From: Phoronis australis
Lineage: Eukaryota; Animalia; Phoronida
Reading direction: 5' to 3'
Length of the DNA: 64,000 bases
NCBI GenBank assembly: GCA_002633005.1
Contig: NMRA01000054.1
Location: 190,952 to 254,951 of the forward strand
Part shown: positions 36,471 through 48,700 of the stretch, piece by piece
Position numbering within the stretch: the first letter of the stretch is position 1
Layout: each line of letters opens with the position of its first letter
Notes under the pieces: model-generated
What the model was told of the DNA's origin: nothing
The model's database searches: none
The model's input: only the letters and a program-made list of their open reading frames with translations
Position numbers and translations under genes: made by a program

Positions 36471-39199
36471 ACCGCCTCTTATGTCAAGATAATAAGACCA
36501 TAACGCAACCATGGTCAACATAACACCGAAAACTAAATGTTCGTGAAATTTGGCTTGTTTTTGTTGCCAGTGAAAGAACTCGATTGTATTGTTCTGCATG
36601 TATTCTATATCTTGCGTAGTTCCTAGTTGATCCTGTTTGTGTGATAGCAAATATGTTTTTGAAAAAGTCAATTGCCTGGTAAGTCGCAATATCGTAATTC
36701 AACTCAGAAAGTTGGATGTGTTTTAATTGCTCTCTGACGTGCTTGTAAGAAGTTCGTTAGTCGGTTGAGTCTATTTACAATACGCGATAACATAAATTAC
36801 GTGAGAACACAACTTATAATAAAATGTTATTATCAATCAAACGCATATTTACCAAGAAGATTGCGGCTATTCTTAGTAATAAGTATGGTTCTAAAAACAT
36901 TATCTTGGTTTGTAACCTATCTTCAAGATATTGTTGTCATGAGTCTGCATATTTGAAAATTGTCACTGAGGCTGTCCCCAATGAAATTCCGTCACGAAAC
37001 CTATCTATCTTTCAGAAAAAAATTCTTTTGTCAGTCTCGGTCGGTGACCACCTAACTTTACTCGTGATTAAACTCGATTCATCCCAATTTCATCACGTGA
37101 TAGTGGAGTAATTACTCCAAGTGTGGCACATAGTCTTGAGTCGAGTCTCGAGTAATGTCTGGTTGTTATTACGTACATGTATATTCAAATGAGCTCGAAC
37201 TAAAGATAAAGTTATAGAAAAATATAAATTTTGTGTGTAAACATTGACACAAATGAATAAAGATGAGTGCCTATTTAGAATTGTTTCATGAGCCGCCCTC
37301 TGGTGTCCAAAAACCATGTTCTTCATATGCTTATATGCTCTTCTACAGCTGCGTCATCACCTACTTCTCATTCAGTGTATGCAGGACCTTATCGGCTTAT
37401 CGGTGTATTCAGCCAAATATCTACAAAACAATATACTTTAACTCGGTAAAAATAAATGTTTTAAGTAGAATTTGATTTTTCACTTTTATAACAATCTGCT
37501 AATTGGCCCACGTGATCATGTATCAATAACATGACCAAATTTTGTTCGACATAGATGTTCAAGATGAAATTTCAAAAATGCTCTTAAAGTTTTTTAAATT
37601 ATCATTTTCATTTTTATTTCAAGTAATTTTCGATTATTTTCATAAAATCATAAAAGTCTTATTTTGATAGCCTCTCGTGCAAAAACGGATAGCTTTAAAA
37701 ATAAATCCTAACATGGTTTTTGAGATCAGTGCATAAAACATGGTAGTTGGGAGTTTCTTACATGTGTCGATCCGATCAACAAGTTCTGTGATATGTTGTG
37801 CCAAACTTGGCCATTTTAAATTGTCCTACAATTGGGGTTGTCTACAATAATACGCTTGGAATATCTCTGGTGAGCTGCTGTGGAATAAATAATGCCTACC
37901 TGTCAAATTTTCTCGACTTTATATATCATTTGTGCTCTAAGCTAGGTACAAGATGAGGACAATTTCATTACGGCAAGGGTTCTGGGTTGGTGATGAAGGC
38001 AGACACGAGTTGCATGAAAAAGCTATTTTGAGCAAAGTGAGTTTATATGCATACATTTACAGATCAGTGGTCTTTACCCCATCCACCTGCCAACTGAAAT
38101 TGGTGGATTCCTGGATACACCCCTGATTTACCACTATGAATTAGTTATAGACCTGAACGGGTGGTGTGAAAATAAAAGTTGTAGATTTGGACTTCGTCTG
38201 CACTAAAATTGGCTCCAATTTCTCGATTGTGGGTGCTTGATTGTAGCTTATAATTGTTTATTTACACTGATTGTTTTCGTTTATGTTCTGGAAAAGTTTA
38301 ATCATTTAATGCATTTCTCGTTCGATAGTTTGTATTTATAGCAAATTTACTCTGTTGGTATGTTTTAAACAGCAACTGTAAGACAGAATAAGCCACGCAC
38401 GTGCAATCACAAAACGTAAAACAGTAAATTGAACTGAATGTGAGCAAAATTAAACCATTAGTATTATTTGATTAAACCCAGTTTTTATGCTATCAAAGAC
38501 GTTTCATGTTTCTTAAGATTCGATAGTGTGTTTGATAAGTATAGGAATACCAACTGAATCACCCACAACAGATTGAGATAATCCAAGAAAAGTACAGCTT
38601 CTTTAGAACCACCCACAAAGTGGGATTGACGAGAGAAGGAATCGATGGATTAGTAGAATCTGGTAAACTCCCGACGAGGTATGACAAACATTAAGTTTTA
38701 TGGCAAATATGTGTTCAGCAATTTAATGATTTCACCGGTGAGAATCCGATCACATGTAGGTGTTTTTATATGTACAGTCGTTTAACACCTTGTTTTAGAA
38801 AACTTGAAACATCGTGGTCGTATACGTACGTGCGACATGAAAATTCATGGTTTAATAAATTTGTAAACATGGCTAATCAATGTAAACACAAGTAGCTCAT
38901 AGTAGGCCTAATAGTTGTGGGCAGATCCCAGGCACATACTCGAATTCAGGTGGCACTCGACAATATCTACTGGTTTTGAGCTTCAAAAACCAGGTTCACT
39001 CGACTCCAGCTCTCATTTCCACAGGGTGAAGTCTTCAAAGCATTCTGGGTCAAAGACATTAAAAAATAACAACATACCATAATACTGGTTCACCGCAGCT
39101 AACTTGATTAATTCGAGTTTGAATTTAGCGATTTCTGCTTGACCTACTTAGCAATGCATAGCGACGGAATCCAGAATTTGAAAATTTCCCAGGCTGGTT

Positions 39200-39730
39200 A
39201 TTGTTTTAAGAATGGTTCGAAAGTAGCTGGTACAATATTGCGCGAATTTTGTATTCTTTAAGGAACATTTGTGTACTGTATTTGTCAAGTATTTTGAGCG
39301 ATTCGTATTGTATTAAATTACATTGCACGATAATTGACAGCAACTGCCAAAAGTAAAATACCCAGATACAACTGTTTGAAGCAATTATGTGTTTTGCACT
39401 TTGTCGACATAATTCCTTCAGAACTGAATTAAACGAACGATATTGGAGAACTTTGTCTGACCGAAATTTCTGTACTTTGCTCTTTTGTCTGTACAATTCA
39501 AAGTCGGACTTGTAGAATTTCCGCAAGGTGGAGCTCTTACTGTGCGACTACATCTAGTTACACTGTTAACGGCAAACAAAAGGTTTCCACGCATCAAAAA
39601 TGCGTTTTGCGATACAAACACAATTGCTGTGATCACGGGAGAATATAAAACAGTTCGTGAATTCACTTTAGACGCGAATTATACCGAAAGACCTTTCTTG
39701 AGATTTTACAATTATGTCAATTGGCTGCCA
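39200..39730 (-). pseudogene. Possible highly decayed Polinton/Maverick-type integrase remnant
   Basis: Collinear fragments WQPIDII, ITAIVFVSQNAF, KFRSDK..YRSFNSVLKEL and LYQLLSNHS loosely follow rve motifs. Weak. Confidence 0.25.
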
Positions 39731-40829
39731 TTAAATACGTCAAGGGATTGTGAAACAAGTACTAATTTTTATGCTTCTTTTGGGATCAGATTTCTTTGAA
39801 CCTCCAAGACAACGGAGTCCAACTGCTACACTAAAGATATATTAGTATAGTTTATCTATAGTATCATTTGCAGTCGTCTGTATTGTAGTAGAGAGGAGTG
39901 CCTTATCACCCCCTGTTCTTTACATACGCTGTAGTGACTTGTATTTGTTGCTTTGTTCAAACGTTGTATGAAACGCTAATTTTGGTCATATTTACTTTTT
40001 ATCACCAAAATGTTATTTAGTTAAAAACATATTACTGTTGACTCCACGATCGTTCATACAGCAACAATATACTGACTTTATTTCCCAAGGATTGTAATTG
40101 GCGAATTATGAATGGCTTCAAAACCACGAGAATAGCACGAGGATATTTCGTTATTTGAAATAGCTTAAACACTTTCATATGTTATCAATGGTTTTATTTA
40201 TTGACGTAAAACCTTGTTCAGGATTAAGTTTCCACGAAATCGTTTGCACCACCTAAAACTCGTACAGGTTTAGAAATTGCGCATTCAGGTAGCAAACGCC
40301 CCTTGCGTATTGAATTCGGTACTAGATTGGAAAGTGAAAAGAATACATATCTTACAATTTTGTATAGACTTGAACTCTGAAAACTGAACATCCACAAGAC
40401 GAACTATTTCTCTTTACTTGAACTCACGAAGCATCTTATATGCTACTCTTGGTGGGACAGATAATAGCCAGAGCCTCACCTAGTACTCTCGTCTTCAAGA
40501 AAATAACAAATAATTAACGGTGATACCACAATTGAGAGTCGGAAATTGTTAAGAAGCAAAATGAGACGTAATCTTTATTATCCCTTGTCAACCAGTCCTG
40601 CTAACGCAAATAGGAGCGTTTAGACACGCCCCCATTTGACAATCCTAACAACACAGCGACGTCAGAATCATTTCGGCGGAGGAATACAAGTCCTATGTGT
40701 ATTTGCGTGCGTGTGTGCGTTTGTGTTTGTGTGAGCGCGTACGTGTTCCTTCCGGTACACGTCAGACAGTGAGCGTCATGTTCGCATAATTTATGCAATA
40801 TCATGTGAGACTGGTAAGAAGGTGCGAAG

Positions 40830-40837
40830 TATATAAA
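40830..40837 (+). promoter_or_regulatory. TATA box of gene 3
   Basis: TATATAAA, with an Inr-like ttagtt ~30 bp downstream and ATG at 40911. Confidence 0.6.
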
Positions 40838-40910
40838 GGACCACGGAGTGCAATCGATGTATATTAGTTACTGCCGACAGTAGGGCTTCTTGAAATACTC
40901 ACTGTTAGAC

Positions 40911-40997
40911 ATGAGACTCTGGGAAGTGTGTGCTTTTGTGGTGGTGATGGTTGCATGCGCCAAGGCATTGCCAGTTAAAGATGATGGTGAAAAAGAG
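40911..40997 (+). CDS. Gene 3 first coding exon: signal peptide of a secreted protein
   Basis: MRLWEVCAFVVVMVACAKA|LPVKDDGEKE has n/h/c regions and an A-X-A cleavage site. Strong donor GAG|GTATGT (phase 0). TATA box upstream. Confidence 0.75.
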
Positions 40998-43900
40998 GTA
41001 TGTGCCTTCATATTTTGAAGACAACTATTGTAAAGCAAGCGTGGATTACGTTTTAGATGAAACGCTTAATTCCATCTAAAAGCATCTACTTTGCTAAAAT
41101 GAAATGAGAGCTGTGATCATTTCTAGTGGAAAAGGGCCGTTCTACTTTAAAGTGCTGTGAACCCCATTTTTCTTACGAAAAGTTAATCAAAGTCGGGGGA
41201 CAATTCATGACCGTTCATTTCGGGTTGTTCTTCAAAATGCGAACAATCCAACCTAAACCTGCTTGGACATTTACTACACAACGTAGTTAGAGGGTATTCG
41301 CCATCTAAGCTTTTAAACTAAGCTTTTTAGTATTGTACAAACGTGATACAACATTAAATTAAACAATTTGTTAGATAAGAAAAGTTAACAAAACTGGTCG
41401 ATACTTGACTGACTTAGTTGGTGCTGTCGAAACTAATCAGAAATTTAACGAACGATCACCATTTGTATTACGATGATTATAACAGCCGCGATAACCAATC
41501 GTATCCTGATTTGTCCTCAGTCAGTCACAGTTTTGATGTATATTTCAGTTAAGTGTGTTCAAATCGCTAGTGTTTGCTGCGATTCGCGTTTGCGTCTAAC
41601 AGGTGGCTGGGTTCATGACATCAGTTTGTGTTAAATTAACTGCCTCGTAATGTGCTATTAGCGAGTAGGTTAACAGGTGACAAAGGCCACAGCTTAGTTG
41701 TGTTTCGTGCGAAAACAAGTAAATTTTTGGGTGGAACTGGATCACGCGAAAAAGCCATGCACTGACTTGGGAGAAAGTTTTCAATTTCTCATTTGGCAAT
41801 GCATGTCTGAGACAGCGGTAAAAGCTGTTTGAAAATCGCTAGACATGTTTTTGGAGATGTATTTGGTGACAGTCTACTCACTTAAGAAATGAACTTTGAA
41901 TTTTATACGAATCAAAAATACTAAAGACGTGAAGCTTAGGAAGTTATATATTTCTAACGAAACATTCGTTCATGACACATCCAAAGCAGGCGTACATGGT
42001 CTTGACGGAGGGTTTGAAACTTAAGCTTTATCGGTATTTGTCATCACCAGGTATAAATACACTGCTTAATGTTTCATATAAAGACATTAATTTCAATTCT
42101 TCTCATTATTAACGTTTATGGATTTCTGAATAATTCCCTAAAAACGACAAGAAAAAGGATTAACTAGTGTTGTCTCATATCCTGACGTGATTAGCTATTC
42201 TCTAGATATTTTGCTTGAATGCGCTGTGTGCTCAATTTCGTTATCAATGTGGTTTCAAAGTACAACAAACTTTTCGTCCACATTCAATCAAATCCCGGTG
42301 CACGATATCTTCTTGTCACAGTCGCCATCTTAATTTGGGATCGGCCACTGCTTAGTACGCTGATAAGATCACGAGTCACAGAGAGCATCTCAAAGGAAAA
42401 TAAGCTGCGTGGTCTTGGCACTAATTGTTCGTAACTGCAAATTAGCCGGCTAGTGTAAGACAGAAATCTCTATTTCTGGATTGTCCAACCATTGCTATAT
42501 GCTAATCACCAATAAAGTCATCACGTATATTCATAAATAACATCAGAGATTCAGGCCACTGTTATTGCTCAATGCATGAGATGATTCAAAAAATACAGCA
42601 GGCGACATTTAGGAATGAAAGCAACTAGTTCAAATCAGCATAGTTCTGTACATACAATGTTTATTATGTTTCCGCTCAATTTTTATAAAGAATTTTTACA
42701 AAAACTTGTTCTTGAGACAGCTCACAGAGAACAACCGATAAAACTGAACGATGGCTTTCTGCCGGTCATAAGAATGAAATTATTTAACATTTCAAACTCG
42801 CAAATTTATGTCCTATACATTGTATTACATTCTGCCACGCAGTCACGTTACTCCTGTGAATGCCTGATGAATGTTAAAATCTCCGATCAACCACTTGGTC
42901 TAACGAACAGTACAGTTAAAAAGCATTCAAAAAGTGAAATCGTTGTATAATAATAGTAAGAGCCTTCTGATTTAGGATGGCCTTGTATTTATTTTTACAA
43001 AAGATTATACGTAGATGTATATGATTACCAATATGTTCAGCTAGACTAATAGATTATATGTTTTAACCCAGTTTTCACTAAAAACATAATGCAAGTCGTT
43101 TCTTTTTCATCTCTGCACATTCCCTAACTTGGTGATTCTTTTCCTGCTTTTCAGTTGTTGTGGATTTTCTCTCGTATCTGGATTTCTATCCTGTTTTACA
43201 AAATGATGTGAAAAAATCGTGTGATACACTATTATGTGGCCGTTGTTTTTTTCTTGATAAGCAGTGTTATTCAAAAGTTGAGACCACCCTAATAAAGATG
43301 GCGGATTTTATAAGCTTTACCCCAATTTGACCTTCCGCTTGCGATGAAAAAGCTTGTTATTTGCAAGCTTTTGCAGCCAAGGTTAATATCGTCGATACTG
43401 AAATGAGAAACAAAATGACAGTTTATGCGACACTACTGACGAGTAGCATATATCTACGTGATTTTTCATTGTAGAGATCTCCAGATATTATTTTCAAAAC
43501 CCTCCAATCTCAATAAGATAAAGCCATCAGTGTCAGGTTTTGTGATTGATGCGAATGTGTAAGTACTTTGGGTCAATGAGAACACGTATATTTTTCAGGA
43601 AGTTCACAAAAATTCTGAAAAGCTAGCTAATGCAATAAAACTGTACTATAGTTCCTTAAGTTATGACAGTGCGCATGAGTTAAATTTGCTGGTTTCAAAA
43701 CATGATTATGCCCGCTTTCAGGAAAATTTAAAATTTTACGAAGGACTTCCTCAACGACAAATCAATTCCTCTCTAAGATAACAGACCATTTTAGTAATCT
43801 TGAGTAATTGTCAAATTTAGCGATATTACATTTCAAACATAGTAAATCATTTTGATAAGACAGATGTGAAATCTGAAGTTATATGCTTGCTAGGAATCTT

Positions 43901-44380
43901 TCTGAAATGCAACTATAACTTGTGTTGTAAAAGCTGATATGACTTTAAGTTGGGTAATACGTGGGTACACGTGGAACATTAAATTCATCGTTCTCGGGCT
44001 ACAGTCTCTGCATGAGTTAAATCGACCACTTTATTTGTTGGTTCTGCGAGCTTAGCTGCGATAATGCAATCATGCCAAACTGGTGTTCGGTTGTTATATA
44101 AACCTTTGGCAAAGTTGATCTTATTAAATCAAAATTATTGGCGGTAGTCAATACTAAGCATGTTCGTCGCACCAGCAGTTAGATCACGTCGTAATCGTCA
44201 GCGAAATGACGCAATCAATTTGTACGCTCACTCGGAGACAAAGTACATATTCGACATGCGGCCCGAAGTTTGTTCTAGAAGATGCGTAGTCTCATTTAAT
44301 TGTTAATATGCAAACGAAGTACTAATTTACAAACAACCGCTGGTCCTCCAGTTATCATTACAATCTTGTTTTTATTTGTT

Positions 44381-44606
44381 TATTTGTTTATTTCACTATC
44401 AAATAACGATTGCGTAATATTTGGAAATACCATGTTTTTATACGTTCATATTTGTTTTTAAGTGTGTCAGTTTTCTTTAAAATCGCAATTTATTTACGAA
44501 TTGCTTCTGTTCCTGGTTATGCTTGTACACACAGTTCTCCAGGAAGTCACTAGGTGGCGCTTGCAACAAATTTAAATATTCACGGTTTTAATGAGACATA
44601 GCATCT
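44381..44606 (+). mobile_element. Solo arm of the 24010-25475 family, ending at TTAA
   Basis: Collinear similarity to 25243-25475. Terminus ...gagacatagcatct|ttaa. Confidence 0.7.
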
Positions 44607-45729
44607 TTAAAGCTCAACATTCATATTCAACATTAACCTCAGCTGTTGAGACCACATGCTTCGTTTGTAATTCATAGCGAATACCTCGCGAACGCTTGCT
44701 TGATCTCGCCAAGTTTGCGAGAAACTCGTGTCGGAAAGCGCTTACCCCGATTCTCGCAGCAAACCTATGGCGGCGTTGCAACTCCGCTATTTAGCCAGTT
44801 TAGCACACACTTTATTGCCCAAAGTTTAGCGCCCCTCTAGTATGTCGAATCTAATGCACTGTTTGTGACCAACTCAGCAGAAGATAACTGCTTTTAAGGA
44901 CCTACTTTCTCAGGTCACGAGGTCATTCACAACTGTTGCTATTATGGTGAAACAACTAACTTGCATACTATAAAGGGTAAAGAATTGTGTTAATATCTGG
45001 TGAACAACCTCACCAAGAAGCGTGTGCTTTTAGTCAAATTTTCTGCAAAATTCCACAAGAAAAGGTACATGTTTTCTGAAAATAGAAAGATTGTAGAATT
45101 TTCTACTTAACACAAAGAAACAATATTGCCGGAATAACAAGGCATGGCCAAATTTCATTTCATATATAAATTCATGAACAGATCTCAAAATTAGTTTTCA
45201 AAATGTTCTTTTTTATTTTAAGGGCGTTTCAGATGAAAACAGATATTTTCATAAAACTCATTAATTACAGCCTCAATTTTTTACGATATCTTATGCAAAA
45301 ACTAGCTCATTTTGTCTGGAGAACAACGTCGATAGCATAGTGTCTGTTTCATTTGAGTCTAATACTATGCTTTAGATACCATGTTGGCAAACTTTCTAAA
45401 TTTTCATCAAACCATAAAATAAGACATTAACTTTTAACCTGGAGGCGAACGTTAATATCGAAATTAAGTACGGCATGAGTAACTAAACCATTGATGGGCA
45501 AGCAAATTTAAAATGCGATATTCGATTGCCAATAATAAAAGAAAGACACGAGCTGGTTAGTTTTAAAATACTTTATTTAAAATAAACCATTTTTACAAAC
45601 ATAATACACTTGTTGAGCAAAAGTGAAGTTTATAACTAATAAAGACAAAGCATCACTTTCCAAATCACTGTGAAGACAGGATATACACTAGATAGTAAAA
45701 GTGTAATGCTGGTTAAAATCCATTCTTAA

Positions 45730-45755
45730 TACCGACCTACCGACCTACCGACCTA
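45730..45755. repeat. (TACCGACC)3 short tandem repeat
   Basis: taccgacctaccgacctaccgaccta. Confidence 0.8.
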
Positions 45756-48700
45756 GGACCAATATATTACTCCCAGATACCGACATAGACAAAAGCAGAA
45801 AAGTTGAATATTCGCGTGATGTATAAGATCCGAACCTCTAGTGTCCAAAATGACCAGGTACCAAAATGCACAGTGGCACACTGCATAAAATTAAGATTTT
45901 TTAGGGTTTCTATGCAGTTACTAACTACTGTGTATCACACTATGTACTTCAGGAAGAACTTTATACTGAAACTTGCATATCTATTATATATCTATAAAAT
46001 ATCTACAAAAATAGAGCAGAGCACAAGTATACGGAAGAGCATCCGCAGTCTCTCTGGTATAATAATACCGCAAAATATACAAACGCAAGTACGCAAATCA
46101 GGTAAGCAACTTTGTCTACAAAAAATATGATTACCAATAAGAAGACCTAGGTCACCATCATATCAAATTTGTTTAACAAACATTCTATAGATAATCAAAA
46201 GGACTAATAATATTTCTGTCTGACACGTCAGGTGACGGCAGACTCACATCTACTCAGTAAATGCATTTAAGCCCAAGGGTCTGGTTCAGTTCATGAAAGT
46301 TTTAAGTCTATAAACGTTCCATTGTTGGCATGATGTCATCAGCACTATTCAACAAGTTATTATGTAATTATTGAAGAGTCAAACCATAGGCTAACCTATT
46401 ACAATGACCTATGGATCAACAAGCACTGCAAATGAGTTTGAACTGTTATGATCCGAACGTATTTTCATGACGAAATTTTAGGAGATTTGTTAGGTAACGG
46501 AATGAAATGAAAAATTCTATGATTTTGGAATCGTAAATTAATAATCATGTGCTAAAATAATTCATACACTAATGGTAAACTGAGATAATGTATACGCCTA
46601 AACATGCAGAATTATCCCTCTAGTACTACTGTTACAGTGACACGCTTTCTAAAACTTGGCGCATTCATATTGTTTACTAATAGCCCGGGTGCGGGTTCCA
46701 AAGGCCTCATTCATGTTGTAAGCCCGGGTGCGGGTTCCAGAAGCAAACAACCCTACCCATTCTGCTAATAACAATTGTTAGACTGGTTGGCTTAGACATC
46801 ATCGCATGAAAACGAACTATAGATATACTGAAATTGTAAAAATGAAATAAAAGTAGCTTAAACTTTCTTGCTCGAACGCGGATTTCGTTCGACGAAACTC
46901 GTCGTCGATCACGTCTGCTCATCTGACGGCAGCTCGACCACCGCCTCCACTTTCTTGCTGCACTTAAACACCGTCAAAGTAGCCGTCTATTTGAAAATCA
47001 TCATGTTAGGAAATGCCCGACCACGTTGCATGACGAAAACAAACTTTCATCAAGTCACTACCGTAATTAATGCGCGGTGGGAATAGTTTCAAAAATTATG
47101 CCACCGCAAAGAAATGTGCTACATTATGCGATAGGTTTCGACAAGAACCTTTTCAAAAATCTTTTAAACGCATGTTTTGCTATTTTTTAAAACTTTTCGA
47201 ACAGAATGCACTGAACGAGTTGAAAAGCGTAGATAAATATTCATACGAGCTTAGGGCCAGAGCCGAAGTACCTTGAGAACGCCTCAACAAACGAACAACG
47301 TCTAGTGAGTCTTCAGCGACCCTAGCTGCTCAGTTAATAAACACAGAAACTCGTTTTAGTGAACGGGTCCTGACGATTCACCTGAAAATGTCGCTGCATG
47401 TGGCTTCTTAGAAAAAAGACGTTGGTCAAAATCTACGTTCAATACTGCAGAAAAGTCATGTGATTTGTCCATTAACTGAAACACGGAATCCGTAAGCTGC
47501 TATCGATTGTCGAATTTTGCATAATTGTTATTAAATGTATCACAAGTGAAATTCATGAGATTTTATTCTACTCAAGAATTTAAGTCACATATAAATAGAA
47601 ACGATCTCATTAATTTTGGATAGTCCATTAATTTATTGTGCCCCTGTAATGGATAGTTCTTCAACATATTTCAACACGTGCTAGCAATTAAAATACTTTC
47701 CCAACGATAAATTATTTTCTAGGTAATGTTGATTTTATGAATATTTGGAATTGCTTATCATACTTAATTGTTGTCGATTATAGTTTAATCACGAATTTAT
47801 TGATTTTGTAGTTGAGTCATTAGTGCACAACTTGTCGTAACACACGCGTCTGTCTTGCAGTGTTCAATAATTTTGCATTGGGCTTTGAATTGGATTGGGA
47901 AGCTTTAGAACGTCCTGCACTTCAAGAGGATCCGATTTCCAGAGAAGAATTAATTACTTTTCTAAATATTGTTATTTTTGGTGTTACAGGAAAACCCGAA
48001 ACTTTTATATAGTTATGTTTGATCTGAAGCAGTGAAAAACACAAGAAATCATTTTTAAATCATTGTCATTTTTCACTAATTGGCATTTTTCTATTAATAC
48101 ATGTAATTCCTTAAGTGTTAAGCGGTTTTATCAACCAAGTTCAATTTCTAAACAAGAATAGTGTGTCAGTTGTTTGGAACCGGTAACAAAGTTGACATTG
48201 CTGCCAACATTATAACATTTTAAGAGAAGATACCATAGCAACCCGTAATCATTCGTCAAAAAGTCTTGGAAAAGGAGAAAATTGTTTTGTAACTATTCAT
48301 TTGGAAACAAAATCATTTAAAACAATGGAAACAAGATTTACGGAAAGTTACAATCCCACCCCTGCCCCCTGAATACATTATCCACTTAACTATATTAGAT
48401 GCATTAACAGACGGCCATTCGTACGTTTTGGCACAAAGTCTCCGTTGGCCTGTGTAAATATGTCTTAGATATACGACGTTTCAATGAAACAGTCCTGGCA
48501 TCAGTGCAAAGAATCATGGACACAAATATTAAAGGCTTCATTTTCTGCATTTACTGCATTTCTTCTCAAAGTCATTTTTACGTAACTATTGTAAGAATCT
48601 TTAACAAGCTCTACAAATCCGTCACAAAATGTTGCAGGAACAGCGATTGGGTTTTGATGTATTTGCACAAGCAGAACATTTCGTTTGATCTCGCGATGCT

